A stretch of 64,000 nucleotides of DNA from Antedon mediterranea (GCF_964355755.1 NC_092674.1:20150001-20214000), one strand, 5' to 3'. Positions 1 through 11,722 are shown, numbered from the stretch's first letter. Made by a program: numbers and translations. The notes: generated by a model from the sequence alone, not told the origin.

Positions 1-543
1 ACCCGAGAGCGACCAGCAAGTTCATCGATTTCTATGGCGTGACTGTAATCAAACAAAGAGGGCCGACACATATGTTAAAACTAATGTCACTTTTGGCGAC
101 AAACCAGCTCCTGCCATGGCTCAAGTAGCGTGAGAAAAACAGCTAAAGTTAATGAGGAGACTCATCCAGAGGCAGCTCAAGTTATCATCAATGAACGTTA
201 TATGGATGACATACTGCCGTCAGTGTCCGATGTTAAATCTGCCGAACAATTGTCAACAGACATCGACCATGTACTGAAAACAGGAGGCTTCCAGGTCAAA
301 GAATGGATATCCAATGTTCAAATTCACAACTCGCCTACCAATCAACAACTAAATGACAAATCGGTCCTGAATGACGAGTTAGAACAGAAGGTTCTAGGGG
401 TAGTATGGAACCCTACCACCGACCTATTGCTTTATAAAGTTAAACCTGTCTCATTTCCAGCAAATGTTCTTACCAAGTGAATTGTTCTTAGTGAGCTGGC
501 GAAAGTTTTTGATCCGATTGGCTTTGCTACGGCATTCCTGATA
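1..543 (+). mobile_element. BEL/Pao LTR retrotransposon reverse transcriptase remnant (pseudogenised, truncated)
   Basis: Pao-type motifs: HRFLWRD, FGDKPAPAMAQVA, catalytic YMDD, GGFQVKEWISN, KVLGVVWNPTTD, LTK*IVLSELAKVFDPIGFA. Frameshifts and stops present. Confidence 0.85.
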
Positions 544-1500
544 TAGTAGAGAGGCCAAATACACAAAAGTCCTCTATAAAAAGTTTGGGGGGCATTTTTT
601 GTTAATAGCAGGCAACCATGTTGAACGTATCCTTTGTGGGGTGACAAAAACAATAGGGGTGGATGCCATCTTCAGTTTTGGGTTTTAAGGTCAGTTTATG
701 TGGTCAAGAGGTCAAACAAGGTCAAAATATAGGATTTTTTTTTATTCACTGAAAATCATCTACATCATCAGATCTATCCAAAAAAGTATATTTGAAGATC
801 AACTGATGCTTCATTTTAAAGTAATTATGAGATAAACATTTTATTTTACACATAAAAACATAGGAAATTAAATATAAAAGTGTAATTTTCTCAAAATGTT
901 GTTTTCACATATTTCTGTAAAGTACACACAGTTTTTTAATAGGCCTTTCCCAGTCTGTTGTAAATTTGTCTTTTTTATGTTTTCCACCAGTCATCGTTTT
1001 GATTTTTGTCGGAAAAAATAGGTCAAGTGTTATATGTATGAAACGCCATATGTGCCAAAAGATTGGTCTTTTACTATAATATTATTAATATTACCTATAA
1101 TAATGTAATATTTAGAAATTAGTTTTTAGAAAAATTAATAATATTACCTATAATAATGTAATAATATTTAGAAATTTGTTTTTAGAAAAATTTCGAAAAC
1201 AGAGACCCCGTATATGACCTAATGGCGAGATGTTTTTGTTTGGGTCAGAGACCCCCTATAATGTAATTATTTAAACAATTTTTCATTCTTTCAATGATAC
1301 AAGTTTTTTTTAAAGTTTGTTGTTTCAAGAAATCTCGAAAGAGAAACCTGGGTATCGAGTCTTTGTTTTCAAAAACCCTAACTATTGGACTTTATCAAGG
1401 TTGGAAGGAGTGGTAAATGGGTTCTCTTTCTTGAAACCTTCGCATGCTATCTTGGCTGACGGTGTTTACAGATATAAAATTCCTTAAGTAATTAAGAGGT
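544..1500. mobile_element. Probable terminal non-coding region of a DNA transposon (possibly the left end of the Academ element at 8140-10290)
   Basis: Abruptly interrupts the BEL frame and starts TAG(TAG)AGAGGCC; repeated GGTCA(A) motifs and a short AT-rich tandem duplication (~1080-1190). No matching right TIR found. Confidence 0.3.
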
Positions 1501-1782
1501 TCTTTATACACATGGATAAAGACGGTTTTAACGTTATTTACAAACATTACGTTACATACTGTGTCCAGGTATGGAATCCATTTCTCCAAAAAGACATAAA
1601 CGCACTTGAAAGAGGACAACGTCATGCGACAAATCAAATTCCAGCGATCCATTCTTATTCATATGGAGATCGTTTAAAGTTTCTTGGCCTAACAACCCTG
1701 TATGACAGACGAATTCGTGGTGACTTGATTGAACATTTTCAAAAGGTTTCGAGGGTGTAGCCAAGGAAGACTTCCTTCAAAT
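1500..1782 (+). mobile_element. CR1-clade LINE ORF2 C-terminal fragment, part 1 (split by the Sola1 insertion)
   Basis: YCVQVWNPFLQKDINALERGQRHATNQIP...LKFLGLTTLYDRRIRGDLIE is typical CR1 post-RT sequence. Confidence 0.85.
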
Positions 1783-1959
1783 CTGCCCCTTTCTGACAGA
1801 AGGAAGTAACCCACAATTTCAAATATTTTTTTTTTTTTTCATATTTTTTTTTTTTAAAGCAAGACCTAATATTTCTGATAAAAAAAAAAGTTCAACAGTC
1901 ATTTGTTACAGAGATACATATCTTTAAAAAGAAGTAAACTACATGATCTTGTAATTTTC

Positions 1960-2150
1960 TTTATCACAAAAAGAATCAATGGCTTTTACTTCTTATGTCA
2001 GAACTGGTAAGTACAGTGTAACTATATTATTATTCTGACAAAAAGAAGCAATGGCTTTTACTTCTTATGTCAGAACTGGTAAGTACAGTGTAACTATATT
2101 GTTATTCTTACAAAAAGAAGCAATGCCTTTTACTTCCTTTTATCAGTTCA
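1960..2150. repeat. Subterminal ~70-bp direct repeats of the Sola1 element with inverted TCTGACAAAAAGAAG-like motifs
   Basis: Two full and one partial copy of ACAAAAAGAAGCAATGGCTTTTACTTCTTATGTCAGAACTGGTAAG...; a related motif pair occurs at the right end (~7575-7620) and within the TIRs. Confidence 0.7.
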
Positions 2151-2755
2151 AGAAAACTTTTTCTTATAAACAGAAAAAATCAAATTGGTATTTATTTTTG
2201 GTGGTTTTTTAAATCCTTTAAATTTGAAAACATGTCATGATATTTTTGAATAACCATACAATTGTTGATAAATATTTTAATAATCACTAATATTAATCAA
2301 ATCTTGATTGTTCTGGGAAAAGGCTGAAAACTTTCAAGCAATCAGCACATGTTAGTTTCTCCATGTGCAGAACTCTTTTTGTTCAACAATATTAATATTC
2401 TAAACAAAAATATTAATAGGTAAGTACCTTTACCTTTTTATTTTTTTTATCATTGCAACTGCAATATTCTATCATACTGCTAGGCCTATTATATTAGTTG
2501 TAGGCCTAGGCTAGGCTTATAGTATTAGTGTATTATGTAGTGCCTTACATGAACACCTAGGAACTTCAGATACAAAATTATTGAGGAAAACGTTCATTTT
2601 ATACAGTGTTTCCAGAAGCTTAAAATGTGATTTTTATAGCGGCTTAGAATCAGGAACCTATCTTTTTTGTATTATTAGTAGCAAAAAAGCCACTGTAATT
2701 ATAATTACTCTAAATATTCCTACAATTTAGTGGATTTATTTTTATTATTTCAGAA

Positions 2756-5700
2756 ATGCAGAGGATAAGAATTAATTCTAGAGTGTCCACAGAGGCATGG
2801 AGGTGTGACCAACCAAATGTTGCTGATACTTCCCGTTGGTCTTACAATTTATTTGGGAACAAATGGAGAGATGCACGTTTGTTTGGGACAGTAAAAAGAA
2901 AAAATGGAAGTAAATGGATTGTCACATTTGATGTTGACGGTGAAGAACTTCCATTTGACTCAGATCATTTACTTTATGAATCACCAGATACTCCATTTCA
3001 AGATATTCCTATTAAAGGTAATGTGTGGAAAGAATGAGAATGCATTACAGCACTACTTGCCTTGACTAATGATAAATAAACAACTTTTATTTTTTTATTT
3101 TACAGCTATTCCAAATACTGAAGTCAGTGAATCTATTCCAAATACTGAAGTCAGTGAATCTATTCCAAATACTGAAGTCAGTGAATCTATTCCAAATACT
3201 GAAGTCAGTGAATCTATTCCAAATACTGAAGTCAGTGATTCTGTTGCGAATACTGAAGTCAGTGAATCTATTCCGAATATTGAAGTCAGTGAATCTATTC
3301 CGAATACTGAAGTCAGTGAATCTATTCCGAATACTGAAGTCAGTGAATCTATTCCAAATACTGAAGTCAGTGAATCTATTCCGAATACTGAAGTCAGTGA
3401 ATCTATTCCAAATACTGAAGTCAGTGAATCTATTCCAAATACTGAAGTCAGTGATTCTGTTGCGAATACTGAAGTCAGTGAATCTATTCCGAATATTGAA
3501 GTCAGTGAATCTATTCCGAATACTGAAGTCAGTGAATCTAGTGTGAATACTGAAGTCAGTGAATCTATTCCGAATACTGAAGTCAATGAATCTATTCCGA
3601 ATACTGAAGTCAGTGAATCTATTCTGAATACTGAAGTCAGTGAATCTATTCCGAATACTGAAGTCAATGAATCTATTCCGAATACTGAAGTCAGTGAATC
3701 TATTCCGAATACTGAAGTCAGTGAATCTAGTGTGAATACTGAAGTCAGTGAATCTAGTGTGAATACTGAAGTCAGTGAATCTGTTGCGAATACTGAAGTC
3801 AGTGAATCTGTTGCGAATACTGAAGTCAGTGAATCTATTCCGAATACTGAAGTCAGTGAATCTGTTGCGAATACTGAAGTCAGTGAATCTAGTGTGAATA
3901 CTGAAGTTAGTGAATCTAGTGTGAATACTGAAGTCAGTGAATCTATTCCGAATACTGAAGTCAGTGAATCTGTTCCGAATACTGAAGTCAGTGAATCTGT
4001 TCCGAATACTGAAGTCAGTGAATCTGTTCCGAATACTGAAGTCAGTGAATCTGTTCCGAATACTGAAGTCAGTGAATCTGTTGCGAATACTGAAGTCAGT
4101 GAATCTGTTGCGAATACTGAAATCAGTGAATCTATTCCGAATACTGAAGTCAGTGAATCTATTCCGAATACTGAAGTCAGTGAATCTATTCCGAATACTG
4201 AAGTCAGTGAATCTATTCCGAATACTGAAGTCAGTGAATCTGTTGCGAATACTGAAGTCAGTGAATCTGTTCCGAATACTGAAGTCAGTGAATCTATTCC
4301 GAATACTGAAGTCAGTGAATCTATTCCGAATACTGAAGTTAGTGAATCTATTCCGAATACTGAAGTCAGTGAATCTATTCCGAATACTGAAGTCAGTGAA
4401 TCTATTGCGAATATTGAAGTCAGTGAATCTATTCCGAATATTGAAGTCAGTGAATCTATTCCGAATACTGAAGTCAGTGAATCTATTCTGAATACTGAAG
4501 TCGGTGAATCTATTCCGAATACTGAAGTCGGTGAATCTATTCCGAATACTGAAGTCGGTGAATCTATTCCGAATACTGAAGTCAGTGAATCTATTCCGAA
4601 TACCGAATTAGATGAGTCTCTGAATATTGGCGCGAATGAATCTATTTTCAATATTGAAATTAATGCAAGTATTCTTGATTTTATGTCAAATATTGAAGCC
4701 ACTGAATCTATTCTGATTGAAATTGATCCAAATACTTTAAATGTTGACGGCAATGAATCTATTCTGAATACCGAAACTGGTATTCCAAATATTGAAGTAG
4801 ATGAATCTATTCGTAACATTGACACTGATGAATCTGTCAATAGTGAAGCTGGTGGAAGTACAGATTTGGATCATACTGCGTCTGACATGGATGAGGCCCT
4901 TTCAAAGCATCCATTATTACCTCCTTGTCAATGTTCGCAAAAGAAATGCTATACAAAATTAGATCTTGAAAATCGGAAACAAATTCACATTGCATTTTGG
5001 CAGCTCTCCTACAATGAACGTAAATCATGGATTTTTAACCACATTGAACAAATTAAACCAAAACGGCCATTGAAACATCAGACCAAAAATGTAACCAGAC
5101 ATTTTTGGTTACCCGGTATAGTACCTCCTGAAAAGGTGTTTGTTTGTAAATGCATGTTTCTGCACACTATTGGTCATAGAAGTGATAAAGTGGTAACTAC
5201 TGCACTAAAAACAACATCAGCCATGGGTTTAACTCTCAAAGATAAGAGAGGCAAACATAATCCTAAGCACAAAATATCAGAAGATCAAAACAAATTCATG
5301 GTTAACCACATAATGTCATTTCATCCACATATCTCTCATTACCGTCGTGAACATGCCCCAAATCGCTTATATTTACCAAGTGAATTGACAATTAATATAA
5401 TGTATGCTGATTATCAGGAGGAATGCAGGAAACAGGAACAAAGATGTCTAAGCTATGTATCGTATACAAGAGCAATTACTTCACTCAATATCAGTTTTGC
5501 AAAGCTTGGCACTGAAGACTGTGAGATATGTGGGGAACATAAACTCCATGTAAGTAGTTCTAAAGAAAATGATGAGGTAAGAAGGCAGAAGAAACAGAAA
5601 TTCAATGAGGACATTAAAGTATGTTCTGATAATCAGTGTGCGAAGTGTTCATTTTGGTTAAAACATAAACAAAATTATGATAAAACAAGGGAAGCTTACA

Positions 5701-6602
5701 AAATTGATAAAAGTTCAGTTCAAGAAGACAAAAATACATTATACTTATCAACTGACATGCAGAAAGTGATTCTCATTCCACGGTTGCCTGGTTATAAGGT
5801 ATGCCTTTTCACAAGGCGTTTAGTTGTGATTAATCAAACTTTTGCCCCAATCAACAAACACTCTGTTCATAAAAAAGAAGCACTAGGCATCCTATGGCAC
5901 GAAGGTCTATCAGGCAGGAATGATGAAGATGTGACAAGTGCTTTTGTGAAAGCCATTGATAATGTCAACTTTAGGAACCACTTTAACTTTGTCATTTGGA
6001 TGGATAATTGTGCTGGTCAGAACAAGAATTGGACATTATATACTGCTTTAGTTCATTTAGTAAATACACCTCATGGGCCAAACAAAATTGCGCTAAAATA
6101 CTTCACTGTAGGGCACACATTTATGTCTGCTGACAGTTTCCACCGCCAGGTGGAAAAAGAAATGAATGAAATGAAGGAAGTCGGAGACTGGAATGATTTT
6201 GTGATGTGTGTCCAGAATGCTGGCAAAGTCTATGAAATGAAAGTTGAAGATTTTATTTGTTATGAAAGCGGCCTAAGCCAAAGTAGGAAATCAAAGGAAA
6301 CTAGGCCACTCCTAGAAAATGTTAGTGTTGCAGAATTTAGAAAGGGTTCAACATCTTTACATTATAAAACAGACCATCATGGACAGTTCAATGCAGCCAT
6401 ATTTTTAAAGAAAAAGTTAATCAGTAAAATAGAAGAGGGTTCACTAGTATTTCCAGCAAAGACAACTGCTCGTGGAATAAACAGTACAAAAAAACAACAC
6501 ATCATTTCTCAGTTAGGACCATTGATGCCCCCTTCCAGATTGAAATTTTACAAGGGGTTACCCTGCGATGATAATCTTGCTGATTTGCTGGCCACACGCT
6601 AA
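2756..6602 (+). CDS. Sola1 transposase, 2 coding exons (2756-3017, 3106-6602), ~1252 aa, with a long internal 9-aa repeat
   Basis: Intron 3018-3105 (GTAATG...TTTACAG) joins the exons in phase (G|CT). DDD catalytic motifs STDMQKVILIP, WMDNCAGQNKN and GHTFMSADSFH; SHYRREHAPNRLYLP and DCEIC Cys/His motifs. No stops or frameshifts. Confidence 0.88.
3106..4614 (+). repeat. 27-bp coding minisatellite, ~56 units, consensus GAATCTATTCCGAATACTGAAGTCAGT (ESIPNTEVS)
   Basis: Directly visible tandem repeat; variant units ESVAN, ESSVN, ESVPN, ESILN; degenerate units continue to ~4850. Confidence 0.97.
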
Positions 6603-7875
6603 CAATTTCTAGGCACTGTGAATGACCGATACGAATCAAATAAAGGAAAATTAGAATCTACCCCGATTATTAAAAGCTCATGCTAATGAAAATGTCTTTT
6701 ATAATTATTGCTGTCTAGCTATTAAAAATTATATTAATGAATTTAAAAAGGAGAAACAAATACGACAAATTGTTATCGGCTTCAACTAACAATTTAACAA
6801 TTCTTTCAACTTATATTATGTTATACTATAAAACTCTTTAAATTGTATAATGGCAGTTTTTGTTTGTGCTGTCATTGGTAAAATTGTTTGGACATTTTTG
6901 TGGTATGCTAAATGAATTTGTGAGAAACCTTTTGAAGGCGCATATTTATGAAATTGTCTATAATATGAGGTCGAAATTATTGTTACATCATTTTAATGAA
7001 TTTGAGAACGATAAACAATACTGTATGACAAATCCAACAAAAAAAATGTAACAATACTTTCAATTTATACCATATGTTTTACTATTAACGGTTTAAACTG
7101 TATAATGGCAGTAATTTGTTGTGTTGTCGCTTTTGAAAGTTGTTGTTTTACAATAAATAAATTTGTGAGAAAATTAATAAAATAACAGTGATTGAAAACC
7201 GCAATGTAATTAACTTTGAAAACTCATGTTTATGAAATTGTCTTTTATAACAATTGAATTTGTAGTTATTACTATTAATAATTATTTGTTGAAATGATGA
7301 ATAATAACACAATTTGTTGTATATTGTTTATCATTTCTTAAATTAATTCGAAATAAATCAATTACAAACAAATTTACATTATTTTTATTGGTATATGTGT
7401 TTTAATACCAAAGAAGAAACATTCCTAAATAAAAATCTTCGCCTGAATAAAATTAATATACAGTAGCTGATCAAAATTTCCAATGAGATTCATTTTCTTC
7501 TTATCCAATGATGTTGATGAGGTTTTAGTTTTTTTATTATACAGACAAAGTCCACATTTAAAGGCATTGTTTTTCCTGACAAAAGGAAGCACAGGATCAT
7601 ACTTCCATTTGTCAGAAATCAAACATTCACCTTTTTTGTATTTATTGAATACAATTTTCTGACAAAAAGAAATAATCAAAAATATTCTGCAATCTCACTT
7701 TTTTTTTCTTTTTTTTTTTACTAAAGTTTAATTTATAAATTTATCAATTATATTACACAATTGGCTATTCAGTATCATGTGCAGTTTTAACAGGAATTGA
7801 AGGAACATGTTTTGGTCAATTACTCAAAACCATGTTTTTGTTGATTACTTCCTTTTATCAGAAAGGGGCAGAAAT

Positions 7876-8065
7876 GGGATGCAATCTAAGCAGAAATACA
7901 CGAGGACATCAGCTTAGACTTTTCAAACCTAAATTTCACAAAGGACTGATAGGAGATCCACTTTTTCACAATGAGTAATTATATATTTGAATAGTTAGCC
8001 AACCGAAGTTGTCATTTCTGAAACCACCAACACATTTAAAAACCGATTGGATTCGTTGTAGAAAT
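7876..8065 (+). mobile_element. CR1-clade LINE ORF2 C-terminal fragment, part 2
   Basis: RNTRGHQLRLFKPKF ... PTEVVISETTNTFKNRLDS, the canonical CR1 ORF2 ending; continuous with 1500-1782. Confidence 0.8.
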
Positions 8066-8550
8066 GAGGTTAAAAGGGTAAACAAGTTTACCTATCTAAA
8101 CTAATCAGAACCAATGACTCTCAACACTGAGTGGATGATTGATCGATTCAAAATAGAATCATTGGTATAACAAGAAACGCTGTAATTCATTAACAGGTTC
8201 TGCATGAAATGGTCGGACTGATTACGAATCACACATAATACACAATATTATTTCGACCTAACAGATGATAAGGAAGATCTTATATTTAAAGTAACAACTT
8301 ATTGAAAGAAAAAAACAGTAAAACTTAAAACTTCATGAGTCACTGAGAAAGCATCGCTCTAAACATTTGCGGATTTCTATAAGGCAACTGTTTCGATAAA
8401 GTATATAAAAACAAAAAAACTGACAGAAAATCTTCTGATCAACCATTGGAGTATGATCATAGCCCAATTTTAATATCTTTAACCAAATATGACTTCACAT
8501 ATCTTGATGGATGGCGTTGAAATACCCACAGATGTTCCAGAAGAAAACTT

Positions 8551-9323
8551 AACAAGGCCAACAGCCATTAAGTCGCGTGCTACAATGCATAGTGATACTG
8601 GACCGACAGACAGACCAACAGACAGACAGACCGACCGACCGACATAGTGAACTATACTGACCGAAATTACTGAACATGTTTAAAAATGTTGAAATGTTTA
8701 AAAACATTTATATTTTTTTAATTTACACGTGCGTAGCCTGTCACTTTTGACGTGCTCGTATAACGTAATTTCGAGTTGAAAAGTAAGTCAAGAAAACAGA
8801 AATCGGGCAAGAAGAGTGCGCAATAACATTTAACGCGCAGTGCGCGCGCAAAAATCTGCGCACTCATGGCAATTTTGTAAACGCTTAAAATTGCCTGAAA
8901 CGTACTCTTATTTCATCGAAAATAAATTTTGAAAATTTTAAGCGCGCTTAAGCATGCGTTACATGCGCTACGCACGTAATTGTATTGCCATATGATGATT
9001 TATGCCCTGAAATTTATGAGTACCAAATTTTATTTAATTGTGATTCATGGTTGTTAAGATATGATTACAAACGTGATTTCGTTAAATCGTGCGTAGACCG
9101 CGTAATTTTTTATTGCGCACCGTGAAAACATAACCACATCGATTCCTGGCCATAAGGAATATTCTGTGAAAAATTGACTTAGCTAGATTAAACTGATATC
9201 AAGATACGGTCATAAAGCGATAAACGCATAGTGATACCGGACCGACCGACAGACAGACAGACCGACAGACAGACCGACCGACCGACATAGTGAACTATAG
9301 AGTCGCTTCCACGCGACTAAAAA
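8551..9323 (-). mobile_element. Non-autonomous Helentron-associated element (HINE/DINE-1-like)
   Basis: On the minus strand it begins TTTTTAGTCGCGTGGAAGCGACT (subTIR with hairpin), has a (GTCG/GTCT)n microsatellite and ends ACGCGACTTAATGGCTGTTGGCCTTGTT. The microsatellite block is duplicated (~8586-8657 and ~9226-9299). Confidence 0.7.
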
Positions 9324-9949
9324 CATGATGGTCATGCACTATAGGATTCAGTAAACATGGCTGTAAAACATTTGGTGACTATGCAAGTATTTATGCAAGT
9401 TACCTAGATATTTCGTCATTTTGTTGTATTTGATCATTACATTGGAAAGGGGTGGATAAAAGCAGTGACACGATTGAAAGGATAGTCCCAATGTACTAAT
9501 CTGTACTTCCGTATATGTTTTGGGCCACAAATATCAGAACGTTTTCAGAAATTCTTTTATGTCAATAACAAAGAGCTTGCAATTATACATGAAAGTTGAT
9601 GTATGATATGTACTTTGTAACTCCAATAGCAACCGTACCAAAGTAAAGACGATGTCTGGTATAGTGAACAATAAAGTGGTTGAAAACCTATTAAGAATAA
9701 TCTAACCAGCTTCCATGGCATTACAGGTTGCAGCACGTCATTATTTGCTGGTTATGGGAAGAGGTCATACTGGAAATCATTTGTAACGCATCCACTCCTT
9801 GTAAATGGAATTGACTAAGACTTTGCACGTACAGCAGTGTACAGTAAAGTTGAATATTGCCAAATATATGGTACTCTTGAACAGATAACTTTATAATATA
9901 ATAACAGACTACTCTTTGGAGGGTCTTGAAATGCTACCTCCATCTAGAC

Positions 9950-10090
9950 TCAGTGACCATATACCATTAACACTATAGTGTTTTCCTTGAATATTAAGTA
10001 TTTCAATTTACTCAATAAATATTTAAATACTGTATTTCCACTTAGGGAAACACTTAACATTTAAAAAACTCACCTATGGTGAATACAGCC
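9950..10090. mobile_element. Degenerate Harbinger-like MITE related to 33659-34675
   Basis: Interrupts Academ between LPPSR and RANYQA; contains CACTTAGGGAAACACTTAA and ends GGTGAATACAGCC. Confidence 0.4.
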
Positions 10091-11535
10091 TTCATAGAAC
10101 CTAAACATACGAGCCAACTATCAGGCAGAGATCAGTATGCGGACTAAATGAATCGGGTAGTTTGGAAGTCCCTAACCCAGTTGTCAGTTTGGAACTTTTT
10201 ACATGTGTATGTAAACTAAAGAGCCAGATGAAGTTTTTACCAAAAGCATGCATGTGTGGTTGTGATTCAATCGTTTGCCATTACCTAGATGGCCAGTAGG
10301 CATTATATATCAGTGATGGAAGAAATACCCACCTCAGAACGTTTACCTTCTTCCATCCCAGAAAAATTGTGAATATTGGCATGGGCCATGCCGCCCATTA
10401 CTCCCAACCCACAAACCCTTTGTGACCGTTTTTAAAGGAAATTTAAGACATTCCAGTAGGCCTCCAATTTCGGTTATTTTGATACTCTAGGACTCATCCT
10501 CTCCATCCCTTGAACACCTTCCAGGAGTGATTCAAAAAGTTTAAAATCTCAGGTTGACTTTTACTGTAACCTTTGTTTTTTATTCAATCTTTACAGAATT
10601 GAATGGTGTTAAATAAACACTCATACATTAAGATCGGTTGTGATATTGTACTTTACTTCTGTCCGCCTCGCCACTGTGTCTTTATGATACTTATAGAATA
10701 CGACACTATCTATGCTAATTTTATTAACGACGCGCGTACACTACTACTACTACACTCAGTTCCTCTGGGAGTACGTGGTGTTGTAAGCTGAATGAGCTAT
10801 TCAATTGAGGTGGTTGAAGAAGGTATCTTTATTACATCTAAATTTGTAAGTTTCAACATTTCATAATTTATTTGTTTATAGTTTTGCCTAAAAGGTCTAC
10901 TATTTAAACAGTTTATATCAATCTTCTTTAACCCGTAAGTGCTAGGGCCTAGTTGTCTGCAAGGACCTCTTGTGCTGATTTAAATAGGCCATCCCTAGAC
11001 ATTTTTCTCGTCGAGTAGGTTGGGTAATGAATGTAAATCTAGTACTTAGGAGGCAGACCAGTATTATACTTATCATTTTTATTAATATTGTATTAGACGA
11101 TCATAAATAGGCCAGTGATGATAATTTATATTTAATCATTATATTCTAGGAAGTATATACTACTCAATCAATCATGTCGGCAGACAAACGAAAACAATCA
11201 ACGTTATTAAGTTTTTTTGGAGCATCAACCGCAAAAAATCCTTGTGTTGAAGGTACTGAAAGTGGTGATGATGAAGTGTTAGGAGGGTAGAAGAAGCGGT
11301 GCCAGAAGAAACGAGCGATGAAGATGAATTACCTAACACGACGAGATATACAGACATATATGATGCTGTTACATCAGCACAAGTAAGACTAACTTCTGAA
11401 ACAAATCTACATTTAATCAGAAACCGTGAGCCAGAGGCCGGGTTCAAGTTTCCTGCTAAACTGTACAATGATAGAAGCGTAAAAGGAGGAAAAAAACAAC
11501 AATACTGCTCAAGAGATTGGCTGAAAAAGTATGAC

Positions 11536-11722
11536 AGGTCACCATAACAGTAGGGTGGGTTGGTGGTGAAAAGCACACACCAAAAGGACAGACATATCTT
11601 GTCGGGCCAAGGCACAAATATCAATTCATGGAGTAAAATGTAACGCCCTTATTGATTCAGGCTCACATATATCAACGATAACTATTGAATTGTATAACAA
11701 AATTCCAGAATAAAAAAAAAAA
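11536..11722 (+). other. 187-bp Gypsy aspartic-protease fragment inserted in the hAT pseudogene, flanked by a 38-bp direct duplication
   Basis: Translates ...ISIHGVKCNALIDSGSHISTIT (DSG active site ~11654-11662); AACAATACTGCTCAAGAGATTGGCTGAAAAAGTATGAC at 11498-11535 and 11723-11760. Confidence 0.75.

Larger units (their letters stand above)
1783..7871 (+). mobile_element. Sola1 DNA transposon, full length (6089 bp), apparently intact
   Basis: TIRs CTGCCCCTTTCTGAcagAAGGAAGTAA (left) and TTACTTCCTTttaTCAGAAAGGGGCAG (right); 4-bp TSD AAAT at 1779-1782 and 7872-7875, matching the AWWT target of Sola1. Removing the element restores the CR1 frame (DFLQ|MGCNLSRNTRGHQ). Confidence 0.9.
8140..10290 (+). 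mobile_element. Academ-type transposon protein remnant (XPG-like nuclease region and Cys-rich C-terminus), heavily decayed, interrupted twice
   Basis: Fragments ESLRKHRSKTFADFY, FGDYA, VFDHY, FHGITGCSTSLFAGYGKRSYWKSF (H3TH-like), LEMLPPSR...IRANYQAEI, ELFTCVCK...ACMCGCDSIVC. Confidence 0.6.

Noticed and set aside
1783-1791. Sola1 terminus CTGCCCCT resembles hAT ends (CTGCCCCTG at 15958-15966)
   Set aside because: Opposite orientation relative to the element, different TSD and unrelated transposase; coincidental.
3069-3105. ORF-track start MINKQLLFFYFT for the transposase
   Set aside because: It lies in the intron's polypyrimidine tract and acceptor; the spliced start at 2756 is more plausible.
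3106-4614. Array resembling CRISPR (constant part plus variable 6-9 nt)
   Set aside because: No unique spacers, only a few recurrent point variants; in-frame coding, eukaryotic context, no cas genes.
3095-4840. 581-aa antisense ORF (DSLTSVFGI repeats) and alternate-frame ORFs 3127-3546 and 3937-4491 (NLFRILKSV repeats)
   Set aside because: A 27-bp unit without a stop in a given frame automatically yields long ORFs. They barely extend beyond the array and have no other domain.
10455-10465. GGCCTC as right TIR matching GAGGCC at ~551
   Set aside because: Only a 6-bp match, with no extended inverted repeat or TSD.
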